The notes under the pieces are model-generated. The model was not told the DNA's origin. It made no database searches and was given only the letters and a program-made list of their open reading frames with translations. Shown here piece by piece: positions 61,745 to 64,000 of a stretch of 64,000 nucleotides of DNA; within the stretch, counting starts at the first letter, position 1; each line of letters opens with the position of its first letter. Position numbers and translations under genes: made by a program. The stretch is taken from positions 800,001 through 864,000 of the forward strand of contig CAVYTA010000005.1 in NCBI GenBank assembly GCA_963771355.1. The letters are read 5' to 3'. This DNA comes from an uncultured Candidatus Rokubacteria bacterium (GTDB lineage Bacteria; Methylomirabilota; Methylomirabilia; Rokubacteriales; CSP1-6).

Positions 61745-62794
61745 TCACGGGTTCTTGGCTTCCCAATCGCGCGCGGCATCGACCATCGACTCGAAGGCCG
61801 CGCCATACTTGAGCAGCGCCGCCTTGAGGGCCGGGTCGATATCCTTGTAGAGTCCCGCATCGTCGAGCGGCATCTTGTCCTCGCGCACCGACTGCATGAT
61901 GCGCTTGATCTCGCCCGCCGCGTGCGCGGGCGTCTGCATCAAGACGAGCCGCTTCATCGCGGTGTAGTTGTCGGGGGCGTGGCATTGGTGGCAGGTGCCC
62001 TTGCGCAGCTCGCCCGCCAGGTCCTTGAAGGCCCCTTCGAGCTGGCCCAGGTAAGGGTTGTTGCTGCGCAGCAAGCCCACGAAGAGGGTCGGGCGGGGCT
62101 GGCTCTGCCCGTTGGCATCCGTCCACATCCACTTGCCGTCGAATGCCGGCGGCGTATGGGGCAGGCTGGTCAGGCGCGGGTCGGGCTTGCCCCGAGCGGA
62201 GAATTGCATGATCACGACCTTGACCTTGGCCGGGTCGACCCAGAACGTCAGCTCGTTGGCGGCTTGATAGTCTGCCCATTTCTTGGCGTCGTGCCAGAAC
62301 GGGTACGGATACTGCCCGGGGTCCAGGGCGTTGCGGAACAAGGCGGGCGCCCGGACGCGGTAGAGCCGTTCCGTCGGATCGAAATTGATCTCGTAGTCCC
62401 CGGTGAACATGAACATCGGTAGGTACAATCCTGACATGACGTCCGGCGCGAACTGGGTGAGGTTGGTGTCCCTCAGCCGTTTGCCATCTGGATTCGGTCG
62501 GCCCCAGAGCACGATCGGCGCGATGCCTCTCCGGAACGCCGAATCTCCATACAGCGTGGCTCGGCACCGGTCGAGGGCGGCTTGATCGGCGGGACTCGCG
62601 AGAGGGCAGGCGGTGGCCGTCTGCCGGATCAACGTGCCGATGAAGTGCTCGACGGCGCCCCGCTGGGACTCCTGGGCGTCGACGCTGATGGCCATCAGCG
62701 AAATCAGCGCGCCGGCGCACAGCAGCAGGCCGCGGCGGGCGCATGCGCGTCCGAGCCCCCAGCCTCGCCCGGCGCTCGACATCAAGGTGCCCAT
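61745..62794 (-). CDS. Exported protein with a C-terminal monoheme cytochrome c domain
   Basis: Signal-like N-terminus (..SVDA|Q), single CHQCH, distal MP motif; AGGAG RBS. Confidence 0.75.
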   Translation of the reverse strand: MGTLMSSAGRGWGLGRACARRGLLLCAGALISLMAISVDAQESQRGAVEHFIGTLIRQTATACPLASPADQAALDRCRATLYGDSAFRRGIAPIVLWGRPNPDGKRLRDTNLTQFAPDVMSGLYLPMFMFTGDYEINFDPTERLYRVRAPALFRNALDPGQYPYPFWHDAKKWADYQAANELTFWVDPAKVKVVIMQFSARGKPDPRLTSLPHTPPAFDGKWMWTDANGQSQPRPTLFVGLLRSNNPYLGQLEGAFKDLAGELRKGTCHQCHAPDNYTAMKRLVLMQTPAHAAGEIKRIMQSVREDKMPLDDAGLYKDIDPALKAALLKYGAAFESMVDAARDWEAKNP

Positions 62795-62804
62795 CTCACG
62801 TCTC

Positions 62805-64000
62805 CTACGGTCGATATGGCTGCAGGTACTGGGCGAAGGCCTGGCGTCCGATTTGCTCGCCCTGGAGGATGCCGGCCACGGTTGAGCTCCGGAAGTGGAT
62901 CCCGGAGTACACGCGCGAGTCGCCATTCTCTTCCTGAGCCTCGCTGAAGCTCTTGAACGAGCGGGTGAGTCCCGCAAAGGGTGGGCCGCTGGTCATCGTG
63001 AAGCTGAGTTGATCGGTGCCGAAGAAGCGAGACATCACGACCGCGGCCGCCCCGCCGAGCACGCTGTGTGTCGATGGATACTCGGGGAGCGGCGGCGTAT
63101 TCATGAAGGTCTCCCAGGTGGGATCTCCCACCGTGGCATCGTTTCCATCCGCGTCGCCCGTCCGGATGGCCGTCACCGGCCGCCAGAAGTTGTAGAGGTA
63201 GCGTGTATCGGCCCCCGCGATGTATCCGTCGGCCATCGCGGCGTTCAGGAGGCCAAAGAGGCGGGCGTGCTCCCAGCGGTCGAGGGCGCGTGGACCGGCG
63301 ATGACGCGGGCGATCCGATTCCAGCCCTGGAGCGAGCCTTCAAACCAGAAGCGCGCGATGTCCGCCTGCGCGGCTGTCCGCACGGTGCTCTGCTTGCCGC
63401 CGAGCCGTTTCACCTCGTTGTAGTCGCGCGCGTAGGTGTCGCTGGTGAGCGCCGGGGGCGGCCGCAGCCGAAATTGCCAGGGCGCGCGCATCGTGAACGG
63501 CATCATCTGGCCCCACTGCGGGAGCATGGCCGGCCAGTTTCCGACCGCCAGGACTGCGTCGGCGATGGGCGGGTGGGCGGGCACGGGATTCGGATGCGGG
63601 CGCCACTGCCCGGGTTGTGTCCCCGGAGTGTACGCCACCTGCGCGGTGGCGCCGTCGGCCTTCCGAAGAGCCAGCATGGCCGCGGCCGCAGCTTGCCCCG
63701 CGGCAATTCCATCCTGCTTCGGGCGGCCGTGAGGAATTTCCGCGAGGGCGGCAGCATAGGCCGCCTCTGCCCTCTCCCGTCCCTTGGCCTGCTGCTCGGG
63801 TGTGCCGAAGCCGGTCAGCGCCCCGACCAGCACGTCGCGCATGGCGGCCGCCACGGCGGCCGCGGGGGTCGCCCCGGGCTCTGCTCGCGCGTCATACAGA
63901 TACGGTTCGTAGCGCCGATCGATCGCATTGAGGGCGTCGTGGACAGCCAGGTGCGCCATGGCGAGCCCGCGGGTCATCACGACGGGGTTCTGACCGCCCA
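62805..64000 (-). CDS. Vanadium haloperoxidase-like / PAP2 superfamily protein (copy 2, 5' end outside the window)
   Basis: HDALNAI, DYNEVKRLGG, WRPVTAIR, YPSTHS, SRVYSGIHF; the frame is open to the window edge. Confidence 0.85.
   Translation of the reverse strand, partial: GGQNPVVMTRGLAMAHLAVHDALNAIDRRYEPYLYDARAEPGATPAAAVAAAMRDVLVGALTGFGTPEQQAKGRERAEAAYAAALAEIPHGRPKQDGIAAGQAAAAAMLALRKADGATAQVAYTPGTQPGQWRPHPNPVPAHPPIADAVLAVGNWPAMLPQWGQMMPFTMRAPWQFRLRPPPALTSDTYARDYNEVKRLGGKQSTVRTAAQADIARFWFEGSLQGWNRIARVIAGPRALDRWEHARLFGLLNAAMADGYIAGADTRYLYNFWRPVTAIRTGDADGNDATVGDPTWETFMNTPPLPEYPSTHSVLGGAAAVVMSRFFGTDQLSFTMTSGPPFAGLTRSFKSFSEAQEENGDSRVYSGIHFRSSTVAGILQGEQIGRQAFAQYLQPYRP

Overview
A very GC-rich, gene-dense bacterial chromosomal segment, almost all on the + strand. 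The abundance of liv-type ABC and TTT transporters, a multi-GAF kinase and a CMD-family selenoprotein suggests Ca. Rokubacteria/Methylomirabilota; this is inference only. In order it holds: the fabF 3' end, a dsRBD-less RNase III and an M50 protease; an ~18 kb 2-aminoethylphosphonate (AEP) catabolic cluster (phnA-phnY-[DMG/sarcosine dehydrogenase-like flavoprotein]-phnW-[GS-like ligase]-SDR-AEP ABC transporter with recQ inside it-cupin-SDR-tctBAC); a mixed block with a UGA-containing AhpD/CMD selenoprotein plus SECIS and several motif-degenerate proteins; apt and beta-oxidation genes; two liv-type ABC systems; an 8-GAF hybrid kinase; trpD; a GntR-etfBA-ACAD-isobutyryl-CoA mutase-ilvE block; a SET-domain protein; and a minus-strand VHPO-like/cytochrome c/VHPO-like cassette. 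The best novel-system candidates are (1) a folate-linked N-demethylase route feeding N-methylated AEP into PhnWYA, (2) the haloperoxidase-like/cytochrome c cassette, (3) an RNase III with a Mini-III-type active site and (4) a sigma54-driven candidate sRNA. Several single-base frameshifts look like sequencing errors. I saw no tRNA, rRNA, CRISPR array or IS element. All assignments come from motif recognition by eye; no searches were run.
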